Virus record (IMG/VR): IMGVR_UViG_3300010361_000029
Location: 1 to 29,601 of that record
Source of the DNA: a virus
Taxonomy: Duplodnaviria > Caudoviricetes
Strand: one strand, 5' to 3'
DNA length: 29,601 nucleotides
Both the position numbers and the translations under genes were made by a program. Below are positions 9,445 to 17,870 of this stretch, piece after piece (within the stretch, counting starts at the first letter, position 1; every line of letters starts with the position of its first letter). The notes below the pieces were generated by a model, which saw only the letters and a program-made list of their open reading frames with translations, did not search any database and was not told the origin of the DNA.

Positions 9445-9756
9445 TCAGGGCATGTACTGCGACACGCCCATTTGCTTGCGCAGCTCGATTTCCTCGATCT
9501 GCTTTTTCGCCAGCTTGCCACCAGCGATCACGCGGTTGAGATGCTCGCGCACCTTGCCGACGATGTTGATTGCCTGAAACAGCCGCTCACGCGCATACGT
9601 GTCCTGCGGCGTCACACCGGTGCGGCGCCACGCATCCATGTATTGCTGCTCCAGCGACGTGAATGCCTCCTGCAGCAGCTCGTTGTCGAGCAGCAGCTTG
9701 GCGCGCGACGCACGATCCTGCTCGCGGATGAGCGCATGCTCGTCTACTTCGCTCAT
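9445..9756 (-). CDS. Conserved small helical protein preceding scaffold
   Basis: RAKLLLDNELLQEAF...ARERLF...GKLA pattern, ATGA overlap with upstream gene. Confidence 0.7.
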   Translation of the reverse strand: MSEVDEHALIREQDRASRAKLLLDNELLQEAFTSLEQQYMDAWRRTGVTPQDTYARERLFQAINIVGKVREHLNRVIAGGKLAKKQIEEIELRKQMGVSQYMP

Positions 9757-9965
9757 CGGCCTTTCCGGCCCTTGCTAACCTCGGCAGCAAAGCCGGGGCG
9801 AAAGCGCTCGTTCACCCCTGGCAGATCGGGCGCGTTATATTCGACCCGGTCGTAGATTTCGCCGCCCGGCTGCTCGGTGAACTCTTGCGTCTTGGGATAG
9901 CTGCGCGAATAAGGACCGGCGCCGCGCTTCCAACCTTTGCCGTCATCATGTCGAGGCTTGGTCAT
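9753..9965 (-). CDS. Hypothetical protein (70 aa)
   Basis: Fills the gap between neighbouring genes and is translationally coupled to the downstream gene. Confidence 0.55.
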   Translation of the reverse strand: MTKPRHDDGKGWKRGAGPYSRSYPKTQEFTEQPGGEIYDRVEYNAPDLPGVNERFRPGFAAEVSKGRKGR

Positions 9966-9968
9966 TGA

Positions 9969-10871
9969 TCACTCCATGTGGCCCAGCAGCAGCATGAGCG
10001 CTTCGTCATCATCCTGATCGTGCGCGAGCTGCTGCGCGTGTGCGTGTCTCGCCGCCATCGTCAACGCATTGGCGTGTTGCATCGCGCCGTGCAGCCCGAG
10101 CATTGCCTGCTCACTGGCAATCGCCGCTGTGCGTGCGCGCAGCAGCTGCTCATGCCGCCAGCGTGCCTCCTGGGCGGCGCGGCCGGCGAGCACCTCGCCA
10201 CGTGCCTTGGTGATCGCAGCCAGCGCAGCGACCCGCGCCTGCTCGGCCAGCTCCTCCTGCCGGCGCCGCTCGGCCTCGCGCTCGGCCTCGATCTCGGCGA
10301 GCAGCTCCTCGTAGCGGCGCCGCGTGAACGTCGGGCCACGACGCTGCAGCATCGTGCCGCCGAGATTGTAGTCGTAGCTGTAGGACGCGTCGTAGCCGGT
10401 GAACAGGAAGTGCCCGGCATCAACGATCTTGAACCCAACCAGCGTGGTGATCGCATTGCCGGCGAGCGCATAGGTGCCGACCGCAGTGCGCAGCTGCGGC
10501 TGCAGGTTCGCGGCAAACCCGGTGAGCACGAACGTGCCCGGCTGCACCGCCTCGTTGGGATCGAAGACAACGAGATTGCCGGTGAGCGTGAACGTCGCCT
10601 GCGCGGCAGCGAGCTGCACCTGCAGCGGCGCCGCATTGCCGGTGAGCGTGTACGTCACACGCACCAGCGGCATCTGCGTCTGGAACGTCGCGGCGCTGCC
10701 GGTGAGCGTGAACGTGCCCACCTGCACCGGCTCGACCGGATCGAAGACGACACTGTTGCCGGTGAGCGTGAAGGTGCCTGCCGTCACCGACAGGATCGCA
10801 GTCGATGTCGACCCAATATTTTCCTGGCCGACTGCAAGCCGACCTACGGCCTCGCCGGCAACGAACGACAT
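9969..10871 (-). CDS. Repeat-containing fibre/appendage protein with coiled-coil C-terminus
   Basis: About seven TFTLTGN-type repeats at 20-aa period, then a charged coiled coil ending DDDEALMLLL. Confidence 0.7.
   Translation of the reverse strand: MSFVAGEAVGRLAVGQENIGSTSTAILSVTAGTFTLTGNSVVFDPVEPVQVGTFTLTGSAATFQTQMPLVRVTYTLTGNAAPLQVQLAAAQATFTLTGNLVVFDPNEAVQPGTFVLTGFAANLQPQLRTAVGTYALAGNAITTLVGFKIVDAGHFLFTGYDASYSYDYNLGGTMLQRRGPTFTRRRYEELLAEIEAEREAERRRQEELAEQARVAALAAITKARGEVLAGRAAQEARWRHEQLLRARTAAIASEQAMLGLHGAMQHANALTMAARHAHAQQLAHDQDDDEALMLLLGHME
10390..10790 (-). repeat. 60-bp period intragenic repeat (GCCGGTGAGCGTGAA-like core on the plus strand)
   Basis: Core recurs near 10758, 10698, 10638, 10578, 10518 and 10458, with a degenerate copy near 10395. 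VVFDP recurs at a 180-bp interval. Confidence 0.85.
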
Positions 10872-10875
10872 GGGC

Positions 10876-12174
10876 TTACACCATCACTTCTTTCCAGATC
10901 GCCGACGACGAGCGAGTAACGCCACCACTACTCTCATTGTAGATGATATAGCTGGAGGTCGAGTTGCTCGTCCCCTGGACCGTGTACGTCGGCGAAGTTG
11001 TGCCAGGAAAGTCGAGTGCCGGGCCGCAAGTCGCAGTGGTGCGCGGGCCGGCACTGTTCGCCAGATTACAGCCCACGCTCGGAACAGGCCCGATTTGCGT
11101 CGCGCCGCGAAACATCGCGTACCAGTCTGAGCCACCCGCCGCCTGCAGCAGCCCACCACACTGAAACACAAACTCCACAGCATTCATGGCGGACGCCAAC
11201 GCCATCGTGACGGACATGCCCGTCGACTGCCACGTATTTGCAGTCGCAACGACGTTGTTCGTGCTGGTGCTCGCCCACTTCATGTTGCCGGTGTATTCGC
11301 CCGGCAGTGCGATGCCTGGGCTGTACAGCTGGATCGCAGTCGGCGCACTCGCGTAGCTGCCCGGCGTTGCCATGCCCGACGAAAATTCAAGGTAGCCGAG
11401 AACGCGAAACGATTTGCTCGTCAGCGTGACACCTGCAGCGGTGTAGAACACGCCCGCCGATGTGGCGCTCGCCGACATTGCCGTCGTGCTGGCAGGAGCA
11501 GCCTCGTTGATCGTCGTGATGCCTGTCGGTGTCGCGCCGCCACTCACACTCTGGAAGAGCGCCAAGCCCAAGCCGCCCGCGTTATCGAACATGCACACCC
11601 AGAGACGAAACGGCGTATTTGCGACGCTAATACCGAAATGCGCACCGACAACAGTCGCAATCGAATTAGCCGCAGTCGCCGCACGCCAGATCGGACCACC
11701 GTTCCCAATCGTCGGATCGCGAAATGGGATCAGGATCGGATTGCTGTTGCTCGGGTCGACACCTGTGTTGGTCTTCACCGCAACGGTGAGAATGTTCGAC
11801 GCCACCGTCGCATTGATCTGCAGATTGAGCAGCGAGTTGAACCCGTGCATCGGGTGATCAAAACCCGGCAGCAGATCACCGCCGTCGCTCGCGAGCGCCG
11901 TGATGTAAATTTCCTCCGAGCCCGAGCAGCTGATCAGCGCATTGCTGTTCGTGGATTTGATCACATTGCGCGACAGCGTCGTGCCCGAGCTGGTGTAGGT
12001 GCCGTAGCCAACCTCGGAATTGGCGCCGTCCTTGATGCCATAGAAAACCAGATCACCGTTCTGCACGCCGGCATTGGCGAACGTCAGATAACCCGAGACG
12101 GCCGTGCCAAGCGTGAGCGTGCCGGTGCCCGCCGTCGCACTGGTCATGCGGGCGAGATTGTACAGCTTGGGCAT
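10876..12174 (-). CDS. Fibre / receptor-binding-like virion protein
   Basis: N-terminus TSATAGTGTLTLGTAVSGYLTF...EVGYGTY...TLSR is a recurrent phage fibre-anchor pattern. Ser/Thr/Gly-rich beta body, 432 aa. Confidence 0.7.
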   Translation of the reverse strand: MPKLYNLARMTSATAGTGTLTLGTAVSGYLTFANAGVQNGDLVFYGIKDGANSEVGYGTYTSSGTTLSRNVIKSTNSNALISCSGSEEIYITALASDGGDLLPGFDHPMHGFNSLLNLQINATVASNILTVAVKTNTGVDPSNSNPILIPFRDPTIGNGGPIWRAATAANSIATVVGAHFGISVANTPFRLWVCMFDNAGGLGLALFQSVSGGATPTGITTINEAAPASTTAMSASATSAGVFYTAAGVTLTSKSFRVLGYLEFSSGMATPGSYASAPTAIQLYSPGIALPGEYTGNMKWASTSTNNVVATANTWQSTGMSVTMALASAMNAVEFVFQCGGLLQAAGGSDWYAMFRGATQIGPVPSVGCNLANSAGPRTTATCGPALDFPGTTSPTYTVQGTSNSTSSYIIYNESSGGVTRSSSAIWKEVMV

Positions 12175-12180
12175 GGAGGA

Positions 12181-12600
12181 TCACTGCAGGGTCAGCACGC
12201 CATTGACGGCATCGAACTGGACTTGAAAGCTGTTGCCGGTCGTGACGCTGAGCGTGGTGCCGTAGTCGTACCAGCCGATGAGATTGCCGCTCGCTGCCGT
12301 CGAGTTGTAGAGCACCGCATAGCGAAACGTGGTGATCGCGCCGCCCGATGCCGTAAACGTGACGTTGTTCAGTTTGAGTGTGTACAAACCGCCCGTCTGA
12401 CCGCTCGACACGAGCGTCGCTTGCGTGCCACCAGCGGTGTAGCCGTTGCCGGCAGCAATTTCGGTGATGTCAGTCTTGATCGAGTTGCCAGCGACCGGCG
12501 CGACAGCCGACAGCATGATCTTGAGATTGTCGGCGCCCAGGTTGTGAACCTTGCTCGACACGTCGTTCACGAACGCGTTGAACTTGTTAAACGCTGCCAT
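12181..12600 (-). CDS. Virion structural protein (fibre/baseplate-associated family)
   Basis: MAAFNKFNAFV...VHNLGAD.LK...EIAAGNGYTAGG...FRYAVLYN...LIGWYDYG, a recognisable phage structural pattern. Confidence 0.7.
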   Translation of the reverse strand: MAAFNKFNAFVNDVSSKVHNLGADNLKIMLSAVAPVAGNSIKTDITEIAAGNGYTAGGTQATLVSSGQTGGLYTLKLNNVTFTASGGAITTFRYAVLYNSTAASGNLIGWYDYGTTLSVTTGNSFQVQFDAVNGVLTLQ

Positions 12601-12603
12601 GGC

Positions 12604-14955
12604 TTACACCGGCTCGGTATGCGACACGCGACCCTGCGCATCGCGCACGACACGCATGCCGCGCGGTTTCGGATTGCCGAAATGCTGCATCAGCGTCTTC
12701 AGCAGCTCAGGATCGGGACCACTCGTCTCGGTGCCTTCCGGCGTATGTTTCGTCTTCACCGATGTCGCAGCCTTCACCAGCGTGTGCGCCATGGTCATCT
12801 GATGCTCTTCCTGGCGCATCATCATCTCTTGACGCCGCGCCTCAGCATCGAGCTGGAATTTTGCCTCGGCGATCTGAATGTCCGATTTGGTCTTGAGATC
12901 GGCGCGCTGCGCCTCGGCCTGCTGGTGCTGCTGATCGAGCTGCGCCTTCATCTGCAGCTCCATGACCTTCGGATCGGGTTTCGGCTGCGGCGGCGGTTGT
13001 GTCGCCGGATCAGTGAAGAACGCATCAGGGTTCTTGCCGCCGGTGAGCTGCACGATGCGCTTTGCCGAGTTGTACAGGTTGCCCATCGAGACGAGGTTGG
13101 TGAGCCCTGCCTGCAGCGCCTGCGTCTGCGCCTGCACGATGATCATGTGCTCTTGCAGCTGCTGTCCGCGACCGCCGGTGCCGAGCCCGACATCGATGGT
13201 CATGTTGTTGCGCTCGTCCCAATCGCGCGGATTGATCTGGGTCCACTTGCCGCGCAGCTTCACCGTCTCGGTCTTGGTGCCGTTCATGCGCAGCGTGTGA
13301 TGCAGCAGCTTGAACATGTCCTTGACGCCCGTCTCAGCGAAAATGCGGGCAATCAGCTTCATGCGCGCCTGCGATGCCGTGAACATCTGCGCCACTGCTG
13401 TCGCGCTCTGGTTCTGCAGCACCTGACTGTCGAGCCCTTGGCCGGCTTTCGAGATGCCTGTGCGCGTCTCGCGCACGCTGTCCATGTATTCGAGCATCGG
13501 AAACACATGCCCGCCGATAGGCGGATGCATCAGCACCTGAATGCCGCCCGGCTGCCGCGAGCGAACGACACCGCCGGGACGCGACACCAGCAGATCATCG
13601 AGTGTGTTCTCGCTCGCGTGCGACTCACTCACCTCGTGGCGCGGATTGTTGGCGAGATAGGCGTTGTCGAGCAGCGCACGCATCAGCGCTGTCTTGATCT
13701 TCTGGATGTCCATGACCAAGTCGGCAACGCTGCGGCCGAACACACGGTGCGTCATGATCACCGGCGTCATCACAGCGAACGGCACCACGTCCCACTGGAC
13801 GATGTCTTCCTTGCCGTCACGCTTGAGAATTTCCTGCGTCTCGCCGGCTGTCGTCACACGATACAGGTGCGGCTTGCCGTCGCCTTCGTAGTCGAGCTGC
13901 ACATAGTGCTCGGTGATCAGCAGCCGGCGGTTCGCAGCGTTGTGGCTGTCGCCGCCGAAAATGCCTTCCTCGACCGTGTCGCGCGAGCGCTCTTCCTGAA
14001 TGGCGTAAATTGGAAACGTCGGCACGTTCTTGAGCTGATCGGGATCGTAACCCTGATCGATGAGCTGGTGCTCAAACTTCACGACCTCGTGGTAGCAATA
14101 GCCACAGTCCTCGATGCTGCGCGCAAATCGCGAGATGCCGAACTCTTCCGGCGGCACCGGCTCGCACTTCGCGTAGCCATGCTTGTACTTGCACACGAAC
14201 GTCACGTCGTGCAGCTGCGGCTGCTGCGGCGGTTGTGGTTGCGGCGGCAGCTGTTGCTGCGGAGGCTGGTTTTGAAGGGGTTGCGGAGCTGCTTGGCCTG
14301 GCTGTCCGGTTGCACCGGGCTGCTGCTGCAACTGTGCAGCTTGCGCCGCCTGCGCCTGTTTCCACATCACGAGCTGCTGCATGTACTGCTGCTGCAGCTG
14401 CTGCATCTGCGCCTCGCCGAACGCGGGATCGGGACGCGCGCTGTGCTCGATCACCTCGATGTTCGGCTGCGACACGAGAAACTGATAGGTCTGTTCGTCC
14501 TGATCGAGATAGACCTCGCGATGCTCGATGGTTTCCTCGACCCAGTGAACCTTCACCACGCCCAGCTTCGACAGCAGTGCATCCTTGATGAAGCTGTAGA
14601 GCGCGAGAAACCCGCCGTGCGTCTGGAAGTGATGATTGACGAAGTCGCTTTCCTGCTCGGCTGCGTCCTCGTCGTCGGCACGCGTCGGCTCGAATTTCAC
14701 CACCTGTTCGCTGCCGGCGAAGATGTCCATCAGGCTCGGCATGAGCCCTTCAATGGTGTCCGACACGTCGGTCGACACAGCCGTGCTGCGGCCGGCAACG
14801 CTCGGCAAAAACTTCTCCATGTGCCCGTTGTAGAAATCGAGCGCATTGATGCGATCCTCGGTCAGCCGCGACGCGCGCATCGAGGACAGCGACTGATAGC
14901 GCTCGGCAGACAGGATCGACCGCAGCTCGGACACATCCATTTTCTTGGGCATCAC
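12604..14955 (-). CDS. Portal protein
   Basis: 783 aa: GRSTAVSTDVSDTIEGLMPSLMDIF, KDALLSKLGVVKVHW, VPPEEF, GRSVADLVMDIQKIKT..MR..LDNAY, IARIFAETG, C-terminal Gln-rich barrel helix. Confidence 0.92.
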   Translation of the reverse strand: MMPKKMDVSELRSILSAERYQSLSSMRASRLTEDRINALDFYNGHMEKFLPSVAGRSTAVSTDVSDTIEGLMPSLMDIFAGSEQVVKFEPTRADDEDAAEQESDFVNHHFQTHGGFLALYSFIKDALLSKLGVVKVHWVEETIEHREVYLDQDEQTYQFLVSQPNIEVIEHSARPDPAFGEAQMQQLQQQYMQQLVMWKQAQAAQAAQLQQQPGATGQPGQAAPQPLQNQPPQQQLPPQPQPPQQPQLHDVTFVCKYKHGYAKCEPVPPEEFGISRFARSIEDCGYCYHEVVKFEHQLIDQGYDPDQLKNVPTFPIYAIQEERSRDTVEEGIFGGDSHNAANRRLLITEHYVQLDYEGDGKPHLYRVTTAGETQEILKRDGKEDIVQWDVVPFAVMTPVIMTHRVFGRSVADLVMDIQKIKTALMRALLDNAYLANNPRHEVSESHASENTLDDLLVSRPGGVVRSRQPGGIQVLMHPPIGGHVFPMLEYMDSVRETRTGISKAGQGLDSQVLQNQSATAVAQMFTASQARMKLIARIFAETGVKDMFKLLHHTLRMNGTKTETVKLRGKWTQINPRDWDERNNMTIDVGLGTGGRGQQLQEHMIIVQAQTQALQAGLTNLVSMGNLYNSAKRIVQLTGGKNPDAFFTDPATQPPPQPKPDPKVMELQMKAQLDQQHQQAEAQRADLKTKSDIQIAEAKFQLDAEARRQEMMMRQEEHQMTMAHTLVKAATSVKTKHTPEGTETSGPDPELLKTLMQHFGNPKPRGMRVVRDAQGRVSHTEPV

Positions 14956-15134
14956 GCATTTCCTGCCGGCATCAGCATCGCGAGCATGCTCATCATCACT
15001 TCACGGCTCGCGAGGTTCACCTGCTCGACGTTGTGCATGTCGACGGCGCGGGAAGTACGCACCTCGTGGACTACGGCCCAATAGAAACGGTTCGCGTTCC
15101 ATTGATTGCTGGGACATGTCACAGAGATGCCCAT
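14952..15134 (-). CDS. Hypothetical protein (about 60 aa)
   Basis: GAGGGG SD before MGISVTCPSNQW; stop overlaps the portal ATG (ATGA). Overlaps the Zn-finger ORF, so uncertain. Confidence 0.35.
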   Translation of the reverse strand: MGISVTCPSNQWNANRFYWAVVHEVRTSRAVDMHNVEQVNLASREVMMSMLAMLMPAGNA

Positions 15135-15219
15135 GGAGCCCCTCGCAGCAGTAGACGATGCCCGTGCCACCACACTCCACGCACAGCAGATCGGTGCCAT
15201 GACATTCGCTACACCTCAT
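15001..15219 (-). CDS. Small DnaJ-type zinc-finger-like protein
   Basis: CSECHG...CVECGGTGIVYCCEG; ATGA overlap with the upstream gene. Confidence 0.55.
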   Translation of the reverse strand: MRCSECHGTDLLCVECGGTGIVYCCEGLHGHLCDMSQQSMEREPFLLGRSPRGAYFPRRRHAQRRAGEPREP

Positions 15220-16853
15220 CCCATCGCGCCTGTCGGCTGCAGCTGCGCATGCTGCTCGCCGCGCAGCACCATGTCGCGCAGCATCTTCGGATCGATGCCG
15301 AGCTGCTGCGCACGTTCCCAGATGCGCTGCGAGAACAGCTCCAGCTTCGGTGCGCCGATGGGCGAGGTGACGCCGGTCTGCGGCGAGAACACGCCCCAGG
15401 TCCGCGCCTGTGCGGGCACCGCTTCAAGGCCGAGCGGCTTGGCGACATTCTCGCGAAACCAATTGCCGGCTTGCGGATATTCCGTCATCCGCATCGAGGC
15501 GCCAGGGTTTGCGTTGGTGCGCACATCCGCTGCACCAATGGCGCGCGTCCAATGTGCATCGGGCACCGGCAGCGTCGTTTGGAAACCTGTCTCGGGCACG
15601 CCCGACGCCTGCATGTAGAGCGGCACCTTGGGCGATGTCATGTCGACGGCGCCCGCGTTGAGATAGTTCTGCATCGGCAGCGCTTGCGACGTTTTGTGAT
15701 ACGGGTGCGAGATCACATCGCGCAGCTCAGGCGGAAAATCGGGAATGCCGCGAGAACCTTCCGCCATGCCGCCGTACTTGACGAAATCCGCGAAGCGTCC
15801 CTGCTGCGCCATCATGTGTGCAGCGGTGCCGCGATTGATTTCGGTCAACACCTCGGAGCCCGGCGACGCCATCGATGTGAGCGTGTTGAGCCGGCTGTAG
15901 CGCTGCGCCGCCTCCTCGGGCCCGAACAGCTGGCGCATGCGCCAATACATCGGGTCCATCACGTACCACGCGTCCATCGCATTGGTGAGCGCAGGCGATG
16001 CTTTCTGTGCTTCGACATTGGCATCGATCAGTCGCTGCGCGTTGCGCGGCGTCATGATGTTCTCGGCGACATAGGAGCCACGCGCATTGGCCGGCGCGTT
16101 GATCTGCGGCGGCATGTTGCCGGGACGCGTACCCATCTGGCCGATCTGCGCGAGATCATCGCGCGTGACGCCGAACAGCTCCTTGAGCGCTGGGTGCTCG
16201 GGCGCGAGCTGCTGCGCCGCCATAGCCGCAATGTCGCGCGGGTCTTTGTAGATGCCGGGCGAGAACATGCGCTGCGGATCGCGGATGCCAACCTGCACCA
16301 TGCGATTGGGTGGCCGGTCATGCACGTCGAGCGCCGGCATCTCATCAGGGCGAATGTAGCGCCCGCTGAGACGCCCGCCGGTCGCGCCAAGCGCACCCTC
16401 CGGTGCCATGCCGGCGCCACCACCGATGAGCCCAATGGCCGCGTTGGTGCTCGCCTGCGTGTAGCGCGGATCGGGTCGACCGGTCGTCGGATCGATCACC
16501 GGCACGCCCGCCGCCATCAGATCGAACAGCCCTTTGCCGGGCATCATGCCCGCGAGCGACTGCTCGGCCGCCGGCGGCGTCTGCGGAGCTGGCCCGGTGT
16601 CGACGCCGTACTGCGCGCCGCGATACTGCGACGGCGCAGGCGGCGGGTTGGCCGCGAAGTTGCTCGCCGCCGCGTTGCGCAGGAACGCGTCACCCATCTG
16701 CGCAAACGGACTCACGAACGGAATGCCAGCTCGACCGTAATCGCCAAGCGTCGGCATGTCGGGCGGCGCATCAGGCGCAGGCCCGGTGTCGACACCGAGC
16801 TGCGCGAGACGGAAACGCTGCTGCGCCGGCAACATGTCCCAGAAACCAGCCAT
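15216..16853 (-). CDS. 545-aa protein: low-complexity leader plus C-terminal HhH-GPD DNA-glycosylase-like domain
   Basis: Start MAGFWDMLP just after the GH25 stop. C-terminal motifs AWY, MASPGSEV, SPKVPLY, VPDAHWTR, EY, PAQARTW. The fold call is inference. Confidence 0.6.
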   Translation of the reverse strand: MAGFWDMLPAQQRFRLAQLGVDTGPAPDAPPDMPTLGDYGRAGIPFVSPFAQMGDAFLRNAAASNFAANPPPAPSQYRGAQYGVDTGPAPQTPPAAEQSLAGMMPGKGLFDLMAAGVPVIDPTTGRPDPRYTQASTNAAIGLIGGGAGMAPEGALGATGGRLSGRYIRPDEMPALDVHDRPPNRMVQVGIRDPQRMFSPGIYKDPRDIAAMAAQQLAPEHPALKELFGVTRDDLAQIGQMGTRPGNMPPQINAPANARGSYVAENIMTPRNAQRLIDANVEAQKASPALTNAMDAWYVMDPMYWRMRQLFGPEEAAQRYSRLNTLTSMASPGSEVLTEINRGTAAHMMAQQGRFADFVKYGGMAEGSRGIPDFPPELRDVISHPYHKTSQALPMQNYLNAGAVDMTSPKVPLYMQASGVPETGFQTTLPVPDAHWTRAIGAADVRTNANPGASMRMTEYPQAGNWFRENVAKPLGLEAVPAQARTWGVFSPQTGVTSPIGAPKLELFSQRIWERAQQLGIDPKMLRDMVLRGEQHAQLQPTGAMG

Positions 16854-16857
16854 TGCA

Positions 16858-17631
16858 TCACTTCGCCTCGTTTGCGCGATCAGGTCGCGCACGCGACAGT
16901 GCCGGTCCAACCTGCCGCACCTTCACGACGACATCAGACGGCGCCGCGATCAGCACGGTGACAGCATCAAGCGTCGGCAGCGGCGGTCGCGGCGGGTGCT
17001 CGGCGGTGCCGCTCGCCCATTCGGCGATGAGCTGCTCGGCAGCGTTCTGATACGAGCTGATGTCGCATGGTCCGACACCGTCGATGGAGTGCGGCGACGG
17101 CCCGTAGACGCCATCGGTGAATTGCCACAGCCAATATGTCTCCCAGCAATCCGGCCAGCTCGGTGTCGAGCCGTACTGACACAGCCACAGCCGACGCGCG
17201 CCAAAGAACGGATCGCTGTCGATGCCCGCTTCCTTGAGCGTGTTGCCGCCGTAGATCACACACTCGCCGGGACGATTGAGCTGCGTCTCGACCTGAGTGA
17301 TCCACTCGCGCGCCTGCTCGACCGACATCGTGTCGCCGCCATTGTCTTCCCAATCCAAACAGAACAACTCATCGGGATCGGGACACGCAAAGCCCATGAA
17401 GTTGCGCACCTGCGCATCGACATCCGAGCTGTCGGCGAAATGATACGCACCCCAACACAGGCCAGCCGCCTTCGCGGCATGCTGCTGCTGCACATAAGTG
17501 CTGTCGGTGTAGCTGCCGCCTTCGGTCGCCTTGTAGATCACACCGACGATGCCGTCCGCCTTGACGGCATCGTAGTCGTCAGCCGTGTCCCAGTGCGAGA
17601 GGTCGACCACCATTGCGTTGATGCTCGTCAT
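16858..17631 (-). CDS. GH25 muramidase (endolysin)
   Basis: VVDLSHW, YKATEG, GAYHF, LDWE, LWLCQY and LWQFT GH25 motifs. Start MTSINAM (ATGA overlap). Confidence 0.9.
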   Translation of the reverse strand: MTSINAMVVDLSHWDTADDYDAVKADGIVGVIYKATEGGSYTDSTYVQQQHAAKAAGLCWGAYHFADSSDVDAQVRNFMGFACPDPDELFCLDWEDNGGDTMSVEQAREWITQVETQLNRPGECVIYGGNTLKEAGIDSDPFFGARRLWLCQYGSTPSWPDCWETYWLWQFTDGVYGPSPHSIDGVGPCDISSYQNAAEQLIAEWASGTAEHPPRPPLPTLDAVTVLIAAPSDVVVKVRQVGPALSRARPDRANEAK

Positions 17632-17867
17632 CGCCCCTGCTCCTTTGTCTTGCGGAAAATTTCGCTGCAGGTTTCGGTCACGCCGATGAACTTGCCATTG
17701 GTCATCACCACCACGCATCGGATGCCGGGGGCGTATTCCCCTCCGTGTTCGGCTTCTGCTGGCGCACGCAAGCTGGAAATTTCATCCTCGTTGATGGCGA
17801 TGGGCTGATGGTCCGCGCCGTGCAGAACGATCAGACGCAGCACAATGAGCATGGTCAGCATGGCCAC
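17628..17867 (-). CDS. Small protein with hydrophobic N-terminus, FlbD-like pattern
   Basis: LHGADHQPIAINEDEISSL...VVMTNGKFIGVTETCSEI resembles FlbD-type small domains. Sandwiched between two lysins. Confidence 0.5.
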   Translation of the reverse strand: MAMLTMLIVLRLIVLHGADHQPIAINEDEISSLRAPAEAEHGGEYAPGIRCVVVMTNGKFIGVTETCSEIFRKTKEQGR

Positions 17868-17870
17868 ACC

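Noticed and set aside
10390-12174. Possible diversity-generating retroelement target or template
   Set aside because: No reverse transcriptase in the window, and no repeat pair differing only at adenines was seen.
14215-14410. Intein or intron in the portal
   Set aside because: The insertion is in-frame low-complexity sequence with no Cys/Ser start, His-Asn end or endonuclease motifs.
11638-15084. 1148-aa plus-strand ORF and other long plus-strand ORFs (32..1873, 3623..5164, 15033..16961, 17745..19058 upstream part)
   Set aside because: Antisense shadows of real minus-strand genes, caused by high GC and codon bias. They are Arg/His-rich with no motifs.
17628-17867. Spanin or holin call for the gene between the lysins
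   Set aside because: No lipobox cysteine after the hydrophobic stretch and no clear additional transmembrane helices.
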